A stretch of 60,549 bases of DNA from Rhina ancylostomus (taxonomy: Eukaryota): contig JARFYF010000022.1 of NCBI GenBank assembly GCA_030265395.1, forward strand, positions 25,825,427 to 25,885,975, in the 5' to 3' direction. The notes under the pieces are model-generated. The model saw only the letters and a list, made by a program, of their open reading frames with translations, did no database searches and was not told where the DNA came from. A program made the position numbers and the translations under genes. Numbering within the stretch: the first letter of the stretch is position 1; each line of letters starts with the position of its first letter. This document shows, in pieces, positions 28,090-40,543 of the stretch.

Positions 28090-28804
28090 GCAAGTAGCTC
28101 AAGCTATCTTTATAAAGAACCCCTCACAATAGATTTATAGTTTATTTTTGATTAAACTGGTATTTCAACACTCCCCACAAATGTTTCCTCACATTTTCTT
28201 CCCTCGCGTCCTGAAACATATGTACCTTCAAAAATTGTGCTGAAACTGGCCTGACACAAAAATCACTGTCTGTGACCTCTGCCTGCCTGCACTAATCTGG
28301 ATCAGTGCAGAGAGTTGATATTGCTGACCTTCTGTACCCAGGAGTTAGCAGCAAGTTGTATGAGATCTCAGATATGATATAGTTCTGTAGCCTGCCACCA
28401 GCACAAGCTGCAGGAGATGGCTACAGGAACCAGAGATGGAGCTTTGCTTTGCATCAAAGCCAGAGGGGCTTTTTAGTTTAGTTTTGTAACCTATCTCTGA
28501 TGTTAAGAGACATTTAAAAACTATTAACTATTATGTAATTAATTAAAAGAATAAAAATTATTAAGAAAGCTAATTGTAGATAGATTGAAACATTTTCAAA
28601 TCCGTTAAAACATTGAACTAATTTGTATATAGAAATCTTTTTTGATACATTATGCATGCATTTTAATTTGGTGGGAAAAATTGCTCTTCAAGATCAACCG
28701 TGTTGTAGTTGATGCTGCAAGATAGTTATGATATTGTCTCTCAATTGTTTCCAGTAAAAGATGAATCGATAACCTGTTTTTTATTTCATTGTTTATTTAT
28801 CTAG

Positions 28805-29016
28805 GCATTTGTAGTAGTTTCTGGGCCAAACCAAAGCCAAAATCCAGATATTCAACCCCATGACTTGAGCCTTGACATTTATAGTCGAACTGTCTACTGG
28901 ACTTGTGAAACATCCAACACTGTACATGTTAACAGGCTAGATGGAAAGCCCATTGGAATAGTCCTTCGAGGGGAACATGACCGGCCCAGAGCTATTGTTG
29001 TCAATGCAGAACGGGG
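28805..29016 (+). CDS. LRP5: LRP5 exon 14 equivalent (absent from the ORF track)
   Basis: tag|GCA...GG|gtaact; 212 nt; [71 protein letters not shown]. Confidence 0.95.
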
Positions 29017-29827
29017 GTAACTAATTTTCTGTTGTGTATTTGTTGCTGAAAGCAAGCTTATTGCTCAATGGAACTGGTAATAGTCATGCTACAACTTGCT
29101 TATTGTTCAATTTAATGTGAAAAAAATTACTATTTTCCTAAAAAAATTATGTTTTAATGCTTTTGACTGGTCCATAAGGAATGGTAGAACTCTGTAAACA
29201 TATGAAATGCCAGTGAAGAGATTTGAATGCAGTTCCTTTTTTAAAAGTGCTTTCTGACCAAGCTCTCAATTAATTCATCTACCTATCTACCAATTCCCTC
29301 ATTTGCTTCACTGCTTCAGAGTTACTGCATTGCCTATCCAATATTCAGTCTTGAATGAGGCAAATACTTCTCAAGCTAAATGTTAAGAAACATGAACTCC
29401 ATACACTCACCATGACTCCAGCCCCTTGCGAACCCTTGGTCTGATACTGAACAAGCTCTTTGTATCTTCTTTGGCCCTGAACTGAATTTCCAATCCTGAA
29501 TCCCCTGGTTCACAAATATCATCTAATTCCACTTTCATTACCTTCCTTATGCCTAACCTTCCCCTCCCCCTTCTCCGCACCCCACCCCACTGCAGACTTT
29601 CACCAAAATGTTCATTCTTTTATTACTTGCAGCTTTAATTACCAAAATACTTTCTTTAACCATGTTAATGAAACTCTTAAGAATTATTGCAACATTATTT
29701 TATTCCTCCCTTAATTTTCGGAAAAGATATTTTGTTTTATCAAGAGTAGCAGTGAACTGTGTGTAGATGTATATCCCAATAGCTATATCATTGTTTTAAT
29801 GTTCCTTTTAAAAAAAAATTTATACAG

Positions 29828-30018
29828 GTACATGTACATCACAAACATGCAGGAAAGGTCCCCAAAAATTGAGCGAGCGGCACTTGATGGTACCGAAAGA
29901 GAAGTACTATTTTCAACCGGATTGATCCGGCCTGTTGATTTGGCAATTGATAATAAACTGGGGAAACTTTTTTGGGTTGATGCAGATCTAAAACGCATTG
30001 AAAGCAGTGATTTGTCTG
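29828..30018 (+). CDS. LRP5: LRP5 exon 15 equivalent
   Basis: cag|G...G|gtaagt; 191 nt; [36 protein letters not shown]...[16 protein letters not shown]. Confidence 0.97.
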
Positions 30019-30544
30019 GTAAGTTTCAGATCTGCTTTTTGTTTCCTTTTATAAAAATTACTCTAAGAATATTCTATTGAAATGTGAATTTAGAACTGGT
30101 TTCCAGCTTTGTCTTACTTTGGTTATATTCAGTTGAAATGTCAATTCCACTTGTGTCATATTTCTGCCACTTTTTGATCTAATGTAGTTTGATGAAACTG
30201 GCATCTAGTAAATTTTTTGTATCATTTTACTGTAATATTCTTGGTTCTTTTATCTCACCTATCAATGTTCAGGACAATGTAACTTTGAAGTACAAATTTA
30301 CTTCAAAAGAAAACAAAAAAGGATTCTTAAATTGATCATGTCACCAAATTAATAACCAGTTCAAACTGCAAAGCACTGTCCAAAAGTGGCTAATTGAACA
30401 TGACCTAAAAACGGTGCACTTTCAGAGGTAGCTTTAAGAAATTTAATAAGGATTAATACCTCTGTTACAATTTAGCGAGAGTGCATAGTATTGACATTAG
30501 TGCCTCAAAATTGGACCTATTTGCATAAAAATTTTATTGATATC

Positions 30545-30725
30545 AAGGGCAGGCCATATCATTCACATGCTTGATTCCAGACTCCTGACATAGACCCTCG
30601 ACTCCAAACTCTGATACATCAAAAGAGTACCAGAGGAAACAATTCAAGAATGTTCTCAAAGCCTCAGTGAAAACATGTAACATCCCCACTGATTTGCAGG
30701 AATCCCTGGCCCCTGACCACTCAAA
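30545..30725 (+). mobile_element. RTE-like LINE fragment
   Basis: AGHIIHM...RL...FKNVLKASVKTCNIPTDLQESLA remnant across frames; same family as 1915-2400. Confidence 0.6.
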
Positions 30726-31338
30726 ACACTGGTTAGGCCACACATGGAGTACTGTGTGCAGTTCTGGTAACCACACTATGGGAAGGATGTGATTGTGTTG
30801 GAGAGAGTAGAGAGGAGATTGACATGGATGTTGCCTGGATTGGAAGACTTTAATTATGGGAAGAGGTTGGATAAGCTGGGCTTGTTTTCCCTGGAGTAAA
30901 GAAGGCTGAGTGGTGACCTGATAAAACTATCTAAGAATATGAGAGGCATGGATAGGGTACATAGTGAAAATCTTTTTCCCATGGTAGGGGAATCAAAAAC
31001 AAGAGAGCATATATTTAAGTTGAGAGGAAGGAGTTCTAAAGGGGATCTGAGAGAGAGTTTTTATTACATGGCGAGTGGTATAAACTGGAACGTGCTGCCA
31101 GATGAGATGGTGGAATCAGATACAACTACTGTGTTTAAGAGGAATTTAATGTACACTTAAATAGGCAAAGCATGGAAGGTTACAGACCTACTGTGGGCAA
31201 GAGATTAGTGAAGCTGGAGGGATATGGTCCTAATGTCGGCATATGGGATTGGTGTAGATGGTCAAAAAGGTCGGCATGGGCGTGGTGGGCCAAAGTGCCC
31301 ATTTCTGTGCTGTACAACTCTGTGACCCTATGACTCTC
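30726..31338 (+). mobile_element. CR1 LINE 3' end
   Basis: VRPHMEYCVQFW motif, MRGMDRV...F, and a 3' tail with ACTCTGTG/CCCTATGACTCT repeats. Confidence 0.9.
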
Positions 31339-31379
31339 TGAAAAGTATTTGGAATTGCACTGAGTCCATGCATCCATAG

Positions 31380-31630
31380 CCTCAGGAGGCTAAAGAAATT
31401 TGGCATGTCCCCTCTGACATTCACCAACTTTTATCAATGCACCATAGAAAGCATCCTATCTGGATACATCTCAGCTTGGTATGGCAACTGCTCTGCCCTG
31501 GACCACAAGGAACTGCAGAGATCTGTGGACACAGCTCAACACATGACGGAAACCAGCCTCCCCTCCATGGACTCTGTCTATACCTTTTGCTGCCTTGGTG
31601 AAGCAGCCAGAATAATCAAAGACCCTACCC
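31380..31630 (+). mobile_element. Rex1/Babar LINE fragment (left part)
   Basis: LRRLKKFGMSPLTFTNFYQCTIESILSGYISAWYGNC...IIKDPTH. Confidence 0.85.
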
Positions 31631-32098
31631 ATAGAATAATACAGCACAATACAGGCCCTTTGGCCCACCATGTAGTGCCGCCCTTCAGACCACACCTAAG
31701 ACTATCTAACCCCTTCCTCCCACATATCCCTCTATCTAAAATTCCTCCATATGCTTATCTAACAATCTCTTGAACTTGACCAACGTATCTGCCTCCACCA
31801 CCACCCCAGGCAGTGCATTCCATGCACCAACCACTCTATGGGGTGAGAAACCTCCCTCTGACATCTCCCTTGAACTTCTCACCCATTACCTTAAAGCCAT
31901 GTCCTCTTGTTTTGAGCATGGTGCCCTGGGAAAGAGGTGCTGGCTGTCCACTCTATCTATTCCTCTTCATATTTTGTACACCTCTATCATGTCTCCTCTC
32001 ATCCTCCTCTCCCAAGAGTAAAGCCTTAGTCTCTCCTCATAATGCATACTCTAAACCAGGCAGCATCCTGGCAAATCTCCTCTGCACCCTTTAATGCT
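31631..32098 (-). mobile_element. CR1 LINE 3' end
   Basis: Similar to 12600-13320 (CAGGCCCTTTGGCCCAC; ATCCTGGCAAATCTCCTCTGCACCC). Confidence 0.85.
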
Positions 32099-33865
32099 TC
32101 CACATATATAAAACAGTTGAAGGAGGGCCAACTTCAATGTGAAGAGAACAGATCCAGCTTGTTAAATTGGAGTCAAAGCTTCAGGTTGGAGACTCTTGTG
32201 GGAAGGGTTCTGACAACAAGTCTCTGACCTGAAACATCAAATATTCTTTTCTTTCCACAGACGCTGCCTGACCTGCTGAATAACTCTGGCCTTCGCTGTT
32301 TTCATTTCAGATTTCCAGCAATGGCAGAATTTTGTTTTCATTTTAGTCTGCAGTCAAACCTCACTAGGCAAAACCGAACAACAGGTCTTTAAAGTGGAGG
32401 TGTCTTAGTGGCCTACTGGGTCCATTCCCTTCAGAGAGGAGCATAACAAAAGTGAAGTCGGAGCTCTCGGAATAACCAAAAAGAAAGAGAATAAAGTAGC
32501 CAATAAAAAGATACAACCAAAGTCACGTTGCTAATGCAAGTGAGTGTCAGACTGATTGCAGGAAGTTCAAAGGGGAAGTATAAAAGGAAATAAGAGAGCA
32601 AGAAAGTGCAAGGAAAGACTGACAACAAACATAAAAGGTAATCCAAAAATATATTACAGGCATGTGAATGGGAGAAAGGCTGTAAGAGAACCAGCGGGGA
32701 GGAAATCAGAAACCAAAAATAATTGACTCGTTGAGGCAGAGGGCATGGTTAAGGCACTGAGTACTTTACATTAAGGAAGATGTGCTGGATTCTCAGCAAA
32801 GGAAGGTGCTGTTGAGATTCTGAATCGGCTGAAAATTGATGGAGGAGGTATTAGCTGCACTAAAAGTGGCTCAGTCACCTGTTCCAGATGGGATGCTTCA
32901 TTGGTCATTAATGGAAATAAAATTAAAAGGCTCTGGCTATGATCTTCCAGAAACTGAGGGATTGAGGTATGGAAAGTTGCAGATGATACACTCTTGTTCA
33001 AAATAATGGGGTGCAGGGATAAACCTAGTAACTCTTGGCTGGTCAGTTTAACCTTGGAAGATGAAAGAGTACAAAAAATAATATTAGGAGAAGCAGCAAT
33101 CTCATGGAGTAATACAACATGGAAATAGCCCAACTCGTCTGTGGTGCCCACCAAGCGAGTCCTATTTGCCCGTGTTTTGTCCATATCTCTCGGAACCCCT
33201 CCTATCCATGGATTTGTCCAAAAGCCTTTTAAGTGTTGTTATTTAACAACATTTAAACTTCAATAACTTGGACGTGTGAATTTATTAAAGAAAACCAGCA
33301 TGAATGTGTAAAAGGCGAACTGTATTTCAGATAACTTGGTGGAGATTTTATGTGAAATAACGAAGGAATGATGATAAAAATGAAGTTTTACAGATTTCCA
33401 GAAAGTGCCAAATCAACATGTCCTAAAGATTGAAGGCTGTGGAATGGAAAAAGGATAGTGGCATCATTGATTTTAAAAAATTGGCTGAGGAAGAAGAGAT
33501 CAGTTGTGAAAGATATTTGTTTGGATAGGTGAGAAGTATAGAGTGGAGTCCCCGAATGTGTTACTAGGATCGCAGCTTTTAATACATGTTAAAGAGTTAT
33601 ACCTTGGTGTAGAGGGCACACGGTTGAAATTTGCAGATGACATGGACTGGAGGCCTAGTGAGNNNNNNNNNNNNNNNNNNNNNNNNNNNNNNNNNNNNNN
33701 NNNNNNNNNNNNNNNNNNNNNNNNNNNNNNNNNNNNNNNNNNNNNNNNNNNNNNNNNNNNNNTCTATCTATTCCTCTTAATATCTTGTATACCTCTATCA
33801 TGTCTCCCCTCATCCTCCTTCTCTCCAATGAGTAAAGCCTAGTTCTTTTAGTCTCTCCTCATAAT

Positions 33866-34224
33866 CCACCGGGTCATTCTCCCTTCTCTTCTCTCCCATC
33901 AGGCAGAAGATACAGGAGCCTGAGAGCACATACCACCAGGCTCAAGGACAGCTTCTATCCCACTGTTATGACTATTCAATGGTTCCTTTATACGATGAGA
34001 TAGACTCTTGCCCTCACAATCTACCTTGTTATGATCTTGCACCTTATTGTCTTCCTGCAATGCACTTATCTGTAGCTGTGACACTTCGCTCTGTATTCTG
34101 TTATTGTTTTAACCCTGTACTACCTCAATTCACTGTGTAATGAATTGATCTATACAAAAAGTATGCAAGACGACATGTTTTTCACTGTACCTCCATACAA
34201 GTGACAATAATAAACCAATACCAA
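33866..34224 (+). mobile_element. Rex1/Babar LINE 3' end (right part)
   Basis: LPSGRRYRSLRAHTTRLKDSFYP motif and tail GTGACAATAATAAACCAATACC. Confidence 0.85.
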
Positions 34225-34440
34225 GTCCATTTGTTGGAAACTATTCTGAGCAAGGCCACTTTAGCTGTGTGTGTTTTCCAACATCACATTTTTTTTCAAC
34301 CTTAATTTTGTTCTAAGATTGTAAAAGGTGAACTTAGCCAATATTTAGTGATAAGACTGTGGGTTTTATTAAATCTTCAAAAATACAATAATATATAGGT
34401 TCTAATTGGGCAGATGTACTTATTGTTTTTTCATCGCAAG

Positions 34441-34478
34441 TGTTACAGACTAGGTTAAAATTAGTGAGGTTCCTTTAA

Positions 34479-34516
<38 letters not shown>

Positions 34517-34872
34517 TGTGCTTACGTCAACAGAAGACAAAGAACGTCATGACGTTGGTGTTGTTGAAACAACCAGTCGGAGTCAGTCTGAAGGAGAGAG
34601 AGAGACAGAAGAACAAGAACGAGAGAGAGAGAGAGACCAGCCTGCTTGTTTTCTCTATCAATGGATGAGAAACAATAACTGTGACTGTCACTGCAATNNN
34701 NNNNNNNNNNNNNNNNNNNNNNNNNNNNNNNNNNNNNNNNNNNNNNNNNNNNNNNNNNNNNNNNNNNNNNNNNNNNNNNNNNNNNNNNNNNNNNNNNAAG
34801 TAGTTATTAATAAAGTAGTTTTTAACATTTATACATGTCTCAGTGTGTTTCTGTTGTTGCTGGTACGTAACA
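34441..34872 (+). mobile_element. LTR-like element (probable solo LTR)
   Basis: TGTTAC...GTAACA terminal inverted repeats, CAAG duplicated on both sides, AATAAA near the 3' end; contains a 100-N gap. Confidence 0.75.
34482..34515. repeat. (GT)n microsatellite
   Basis: Pure TG dinucleotide run inside the LTR-like element. Confidence 0.95.
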
Positions 34873-36122
34873 CAAGGTAGAATGAAAATCTTTTTCATAG
34901 CCTCAGAGTTTCTGCACAAGTTTTTACCCTCTGGCCTATACACATACCAGGACTAGGGAGCCTCATTTTCCAAATAACATCAAGAATATTACATATTTTT
35001 ACTTGCATAAATTTATCAAATAATAGCTGTTCTAATTATGTCTAAAGTAGCATTTAGATTCATTGTACATGAAACCTGGAAACTATTAAATTAGAATTTT
35101 TTGTCACCCTCCATTAATATGAAAGAAAGATTTGCATTACTAAAGTTTTAAATATTATAAATGTTATAATATCCTAGCATGCTTAACAGCTAATTTTTGT
35201 ATTTATTATTATAATGTAGGAGATATAGCAATTGATTATTTCCATTTATATTGGAACTTCAACCTACAATTATTAAATTCCTGGAATGCTGTTATCTGAG
35301 ACAAAGTGATAATAAATTCTCTGATTAGTTTAAAATGAAAAATGTCATACATTTAAAAAAAATACAAAGTTGATACCAAATATAATACGTAACTAATACA
35401 CACAAATATAAAAAAAATGAAGTACCTCATCAGACAAGGTTAATTCACCAAATTTACTCAACTTTCATTTACTTTGTAAATAGTGATTCTTGCTCATATA
35501 CAGTGCCATGAGCATTGACAATTATCTACCAATTAATAATCCATATGGCTGCTATGTTAACCTTTATAATAAGAGGGTTTATCACAGAATAATCATTACT
35601 GCTCATAAACACAGCGATTAGCAAACAGAGCCCAGGATCCTGGTCTGCAGCTGAAGTTAACCAGGTCCAGAATAACTGAGACCAATTACAAGTCTCTCTG
35701 TGGACAGTGGCTGAAATGAGAGAAATTAGTTTAAATGCACAATAAAATCTTTGGTTTGTGGCACCATTTTATACCACAGTTAGCAAATGAATGACAAAGT
35801 GAAGTATTACATTTGTTGCTATTGCCTATTCTCAATAATTCCTTTTGAAGTCTTCCCATATTCTAAAGTTAGGCAACAGGCATAAAACCTCCAATGCTAT
35901 TTAGCCCAGCTGTATTGTGGTCCAGCAGAAGTGACCTGAAAGACACCAGACTGATTTTCCAGATGAGTTTTATTCTCCTCACCTTGCTGTTTCCTGAAAG
36001 AAACTGCTTTGTGCAAAACCATGTTCTGCAACTGGACTGCCCTACCGGTTTGTTTCATTGCTGTCATGATTTTTTCAGGATCATTACATTTTAAAAGTAA
36101 AACTTCTTTTGTTAAATTATAG

Positions 36123-36332
36123 GTGCTAATAGACTGACATTGCAGGATTCCAGCATTCTTCAGCCAATGGGACTTGCTATACTTGGAAACCACATTTATT
36201 GGATTGACCGTCAGCAACAGATGATTGAGCGCATAGAGAAAACAAATGGAGATCAACGTACAAGAATTCAGGGCAGAATTGTTCATCTTACTGGTATTCA
36301 TGCAGTGGAAGAATTGGATGTGGAAGAATTTA
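36123..36332 (+). CDS. LRP5: LRP5 exon 16 equivalent
   Basis: tag|GT...A|gtatgt; 210 nt; [17 protein letters not shown]...[15 protein letters not shown]...[13 protein letters not shown]. Confidence 0.97.
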
Positions 36333-36859
36333 GTATGTTTGCTCTATTTCATAATCTTGATATTTTATAACGCATGCATATTAAATATTTTACTATTATA
36401 TCACTGTTGTGGTAATGTATTGAAGGTGAATCAGCTATTGCTGCTAGATGCAATCTTTTTACAAAAGTATATTTAAATTGTTGCTTTTGGTGTTTAATAT
36501 TTTTCCCATTAGTAAAACAAACTTAAAACATAAAATCTATATAATTGCTGCTATACTTCTATTTAAATACAGCACAAGAAATGCATGTTATATAATTCAA
36601 CAAATTTTGTAATGTAAGAGTCAAAATGGTAAACTAAATTATAGTGGATGTGGTCATTAACTGCATTTGATTCCTTAGTACTTTGATGTTAAATTAGTGA
36701 CTGATCTTTGGAAACAAATCATGTGGTCTAAATATTGTTACTTAATGTGCTGGATCTCACTGTGCAGCTGGAATGGCTGCTTGTAAAGCTAACACGAGAT
36801 TGACTGGATCAAGATAAGGATGTGAAGCATTTATTGCTGCTGCTAAATTCCTTAGTTAA

Positions 36860-37204
<345 letters not shown>

Positions 37205-38856
37205 TGAAGTAGACCTTAATTGGAGGGCTGAGGGCTGAGGCCTACTTCAGTATTAATTCAGGAAGTCTGATGAAATATGGTCATCTGCTAAGGAAGTTGA
37301 CAACCTTCTCATTTCTTCTTCTTTCATATTCCTGTCCCTGTCTCTCATTCCTTCATAAAACCCTTGCCTGATCCCATCTTTGGCCAACCCCATCCCCCTT
37401 CCCCTGACATTGGCCTGATGCTATGAGATCCTTTTATATCCTTGTGCCACCCCGATATTCTGTCATCCACCTTCTCAATCCTCTCTCATTGCATCAATTA
37501 TCCTCTCTCAATACTTCCATAATAATCTATACACCCCTAATCCTCTTTCTACCACATGATCTTCTTTACCAACAATCGTCTCTGTTGTAACCTCCCCTAT
37601 TCTTTATCTATATTCCTCCTGATCCACCCTCTACAACCTCCTTGATCCCCCCACTACCTTCCTCCTCAATCCTCTCTACACCTCCGATCCACTCCCCTAC
37701 CCCAATCCACTCTCAAATGCTTTCTTTATCCTTCCCCATCCTGTCTTTACTCCTTGTTCTCTTACATTAGCACCATCCCATGCAATTCACAGACTGACTA
37801 ATTTACTCCACCAGATCTGCAACAGTAGAGCTCCCAGAGAAAAGACAATGCAAGGTCTGTTCTGTCATGCATAAGGCTTTGGGCTGAAGACAATTTTGCT
37901 GTTAGGGTACATTGCACAATCCTGATGTAGACATCCCCTCCACCCATGCATTGCCACTTTCATGACCCTTTTTTGGCGCTATTCAATTTCCAGCCCAGAC
38001 TGCGCAGTCCTGATTGTTCCATGTGATTTTGATAAACTGGAGGATTCCAGCAGAGTCATTAGCAATTGTTTCTTTGGATAATCCATTCATTGAAAATGTT
38101 GCTGTTAGAATTTAAACTTTTATTTACTGGGCAAACTTTCATAAAGATTCTGAATTTTATTTTGGCTTGATGCTAGTTGACTATCCCAGCAGTGCTCTCT
38201 AGGGAAATGAAAAATATAGANNNNNNNNNNNNNNNNNNNNNNNNNNNNNNNNNNNNNNNNNNNNNNNNNNNNNNNNNNNNNNNNNNNNNNNNNNNNNNNN
38301 NNNNNNNNNNNNNNNNNNNNATGCTTATTTTCTTTAAAATCAGAATTGGACCTCTGAGGCTCGCAAAACACCCCTGAAATGTGGTCAGCTAGCTGGGAGG
38401 GCAGTCTCTATCTCCACATAAATTGCATGACCAATCCTTAAATAAACTCCAAATCCTTAAATTATGTGATCTTCCATGATGCCATTGGAGAACTGACCTG
38501 CCCTCATGCAGTGCAGTATTTATTTGGAATGGATACTGAAGGATTTTTAATTTGTAAAATCGCTTTCGACCCTCTGCCCAAGAGATTGTGCCCACGCCCT
38601 GCAAGCGCCCTGGTCTGATTGACTGGTGTTGTCTAAAATCCTGTTCTGTTTAAAAACATGCAGAGTAATTGAAAAGTATTGGATGGGATGAGCTCAATGC
38701 TGGTGCATGGGGTCCTCATATCAAACCCCTTTGCCTTTTGATAGTTTCTTCATTCAATGAATGATGAGTGTGTCTCTTTAGAAAAAGATAGTAAAAATGT
38801 ACAGCATCGAGTATGAAAAGTTTATTCGTAGCTGAATGAAACAAATCTTCTTTCAG

Positions 38857-39093
38857 AACCACCAACCTGTTCACCAGAACAATTCACATGTGCAACAGGG
38901 GAGATTGACTGTATCCCAATGGCGTGGCGTTGTGATGGCTTTGCAGAATGTGATGATAATAGTGATGAGGAAAACTGCCCAATCTGTTCTGCCAACCATT
39001 TTCAGTGTGAAAAGGGCCAGTGCATTGATGGAAGTTTACGATGCAATGGTGAAGTAGATTGTCAAGATAAATCTGATGAGGAAAACTGTGATG
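38857..39093 (+). CDS. LRP5: LRP5 exon 18 equivalent, LDL-A repeats 1-2
   Basis: cag|AA...G|gtaata; 237 nt; [27 protein letters not shown]...SDEENCD. Confidence 0.97.
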
Positions 39094-39762
39094 GTAATAT
39101 TTTTTTCTCATCTAATTACTCAGTATTCAAGTATATTGGGTTTGAATGACATGGTTTAAGCTAATCTTTAATCAGATGCAGAAATTAAAGTTTAAATTAA
39201 CTATGACATTAAAGAGTTGATATATCATGTATATATGTTTGTCTCAAAATGCATTATTTAGCATTCTCCGTCCTATCATTGGTATTCTTGGAGAACATTA
39301 ACTAATTTGGTTCCATTACTGTGGAAAATAACTACAGCAGTCAAGCGATATCATGGAGGCAATGTTAATGTCAAAGCAGAAAGCAGGAAAAAAAATAGAT
39401 TAAAATGCAAACCGAACATAGCTCAAGATCTGACTGTCAAAAAACTCATAATGCAATTTTTGAACATTGCACCTGTATGACTAGAGGATGAGAATGGTAA
39501 TCTTAGCAAAAGAGTTGAGTTGAATGTGGGGTGAAAATTTTATTGAACTTGACCTCCCTGAAGAAGTTAAAAATGTATAGCAGAAAGTGAGTCTTTACTC
39601 AAAAGCCTGTGCAAACTGTATGGACAGCTATCATCACAGTGAACAGTGAGTGTCGTTGCCTTGCCATAAAAGTTGAGCCTTTCACACTGGTAAGGTTAAC
39701 TACTGACCTGAGCAAAGGAGAATCTGAAGAACTATCCAGCAAAATACAAGCTAAAGACTTCG

Positions 39763-40128
39763 ACATAAGAGATTCTGCAGATGCTGGAATCTCAAGCAAC
39801 ACACACAAAATGCTGGAGGAATTCAACAGGTCAGGCAGCATTTATGGAGGGAAATAGACATTCGACGTTTCAGGTCGAGACCCTTCATCAGGACTGGAAG
39901 TGAAGAGGGCAGAAGTCAGAAAAAAAAAGGTAGGGGGAGGAGACCAGCTGTNNNNNNNNNNNNNNNNNNNNNNNNNNNNNNNNNNNNNNNNNNNNNNNNN
40001 NNNNNNNNNNNNNNNNNNNNNNNNNNNNNNNNNNNNNNNNNNNNNNNNNNNNNNNNNNNNNNNNNNNNNNNNNNNNNNNNNNNNNNNNNNNNNNNNNNNN
40101 NNNNNNNNNNNNNNNNGCATTTTGTGTG
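39763..40128. mobile_element. Penelope-related repeat with inverted ends, interrupted by a gap
   Basis: CACACAAAATGC on the left and GCATTTTGTGTG right of the gap; carries the hammerhead motif; related copies occur across the window. Confidence 0.6.
39859..39896 (-). ncRNA. Minimal type I hammerhead ribozyme motif
   Basis: CAGUC-CUGAUGA-AGG(GUCUCGA)CCU-GAAAC-GUC-GAAUG; core intact, 3 bp stem II, stem I 4/5 paired. Confidence 0.65.
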
Positions 40129-40432
40129 CCAAGCTAAGGACTTGTCGTTCTGGACGAGGCTTGCTGAATGACTTGCAAAAAATATATCTAAGTCTAAATG
40201 GCAGTTTCAGATGTAGTGGAAATTAAACATAAAATGTTCTTTTTCCTTCATAGCAGAATTTCATTTTAGTAACACTTCATATTCAATGTATACCCACTTT
40301 TGATAGCCTGTTGTATTACATGATAAGCTGAATTCTTGCATTTGCTCTTTGAGTTGCACAGAATGTTAAGCTGGTTGGTCATACCACAAACTGTTTGATT
40401 TCTTCTTCAAAACTGATTTCCTTTAATTCCAG

Positions 40433-40543
40433 TTATTTGTCATCCGAGCCAGTTCCGCTGCAACAGTGGTCAGTGCATTTTGAAGAAACAGCGTTGCAAT
40501 TCATTACCTGATTGCCATGATGGATCAGACGAACTCCTTTGCG
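40433..40543 (+). CDS. LRP5: LRP5 exon 19 equivalent, LDL-A repeat 3 (absent from the ORF track)
   Basis: cag|TT...G|gtaagt; 111 nt; [36 protein letters not shown]. Confidence 0.96.

Noticed and set aside
37300-37790. C/T-rich strand-skewed tract
   Set aside because: Low complexity with no clear period; probably a decayed simple repeat.
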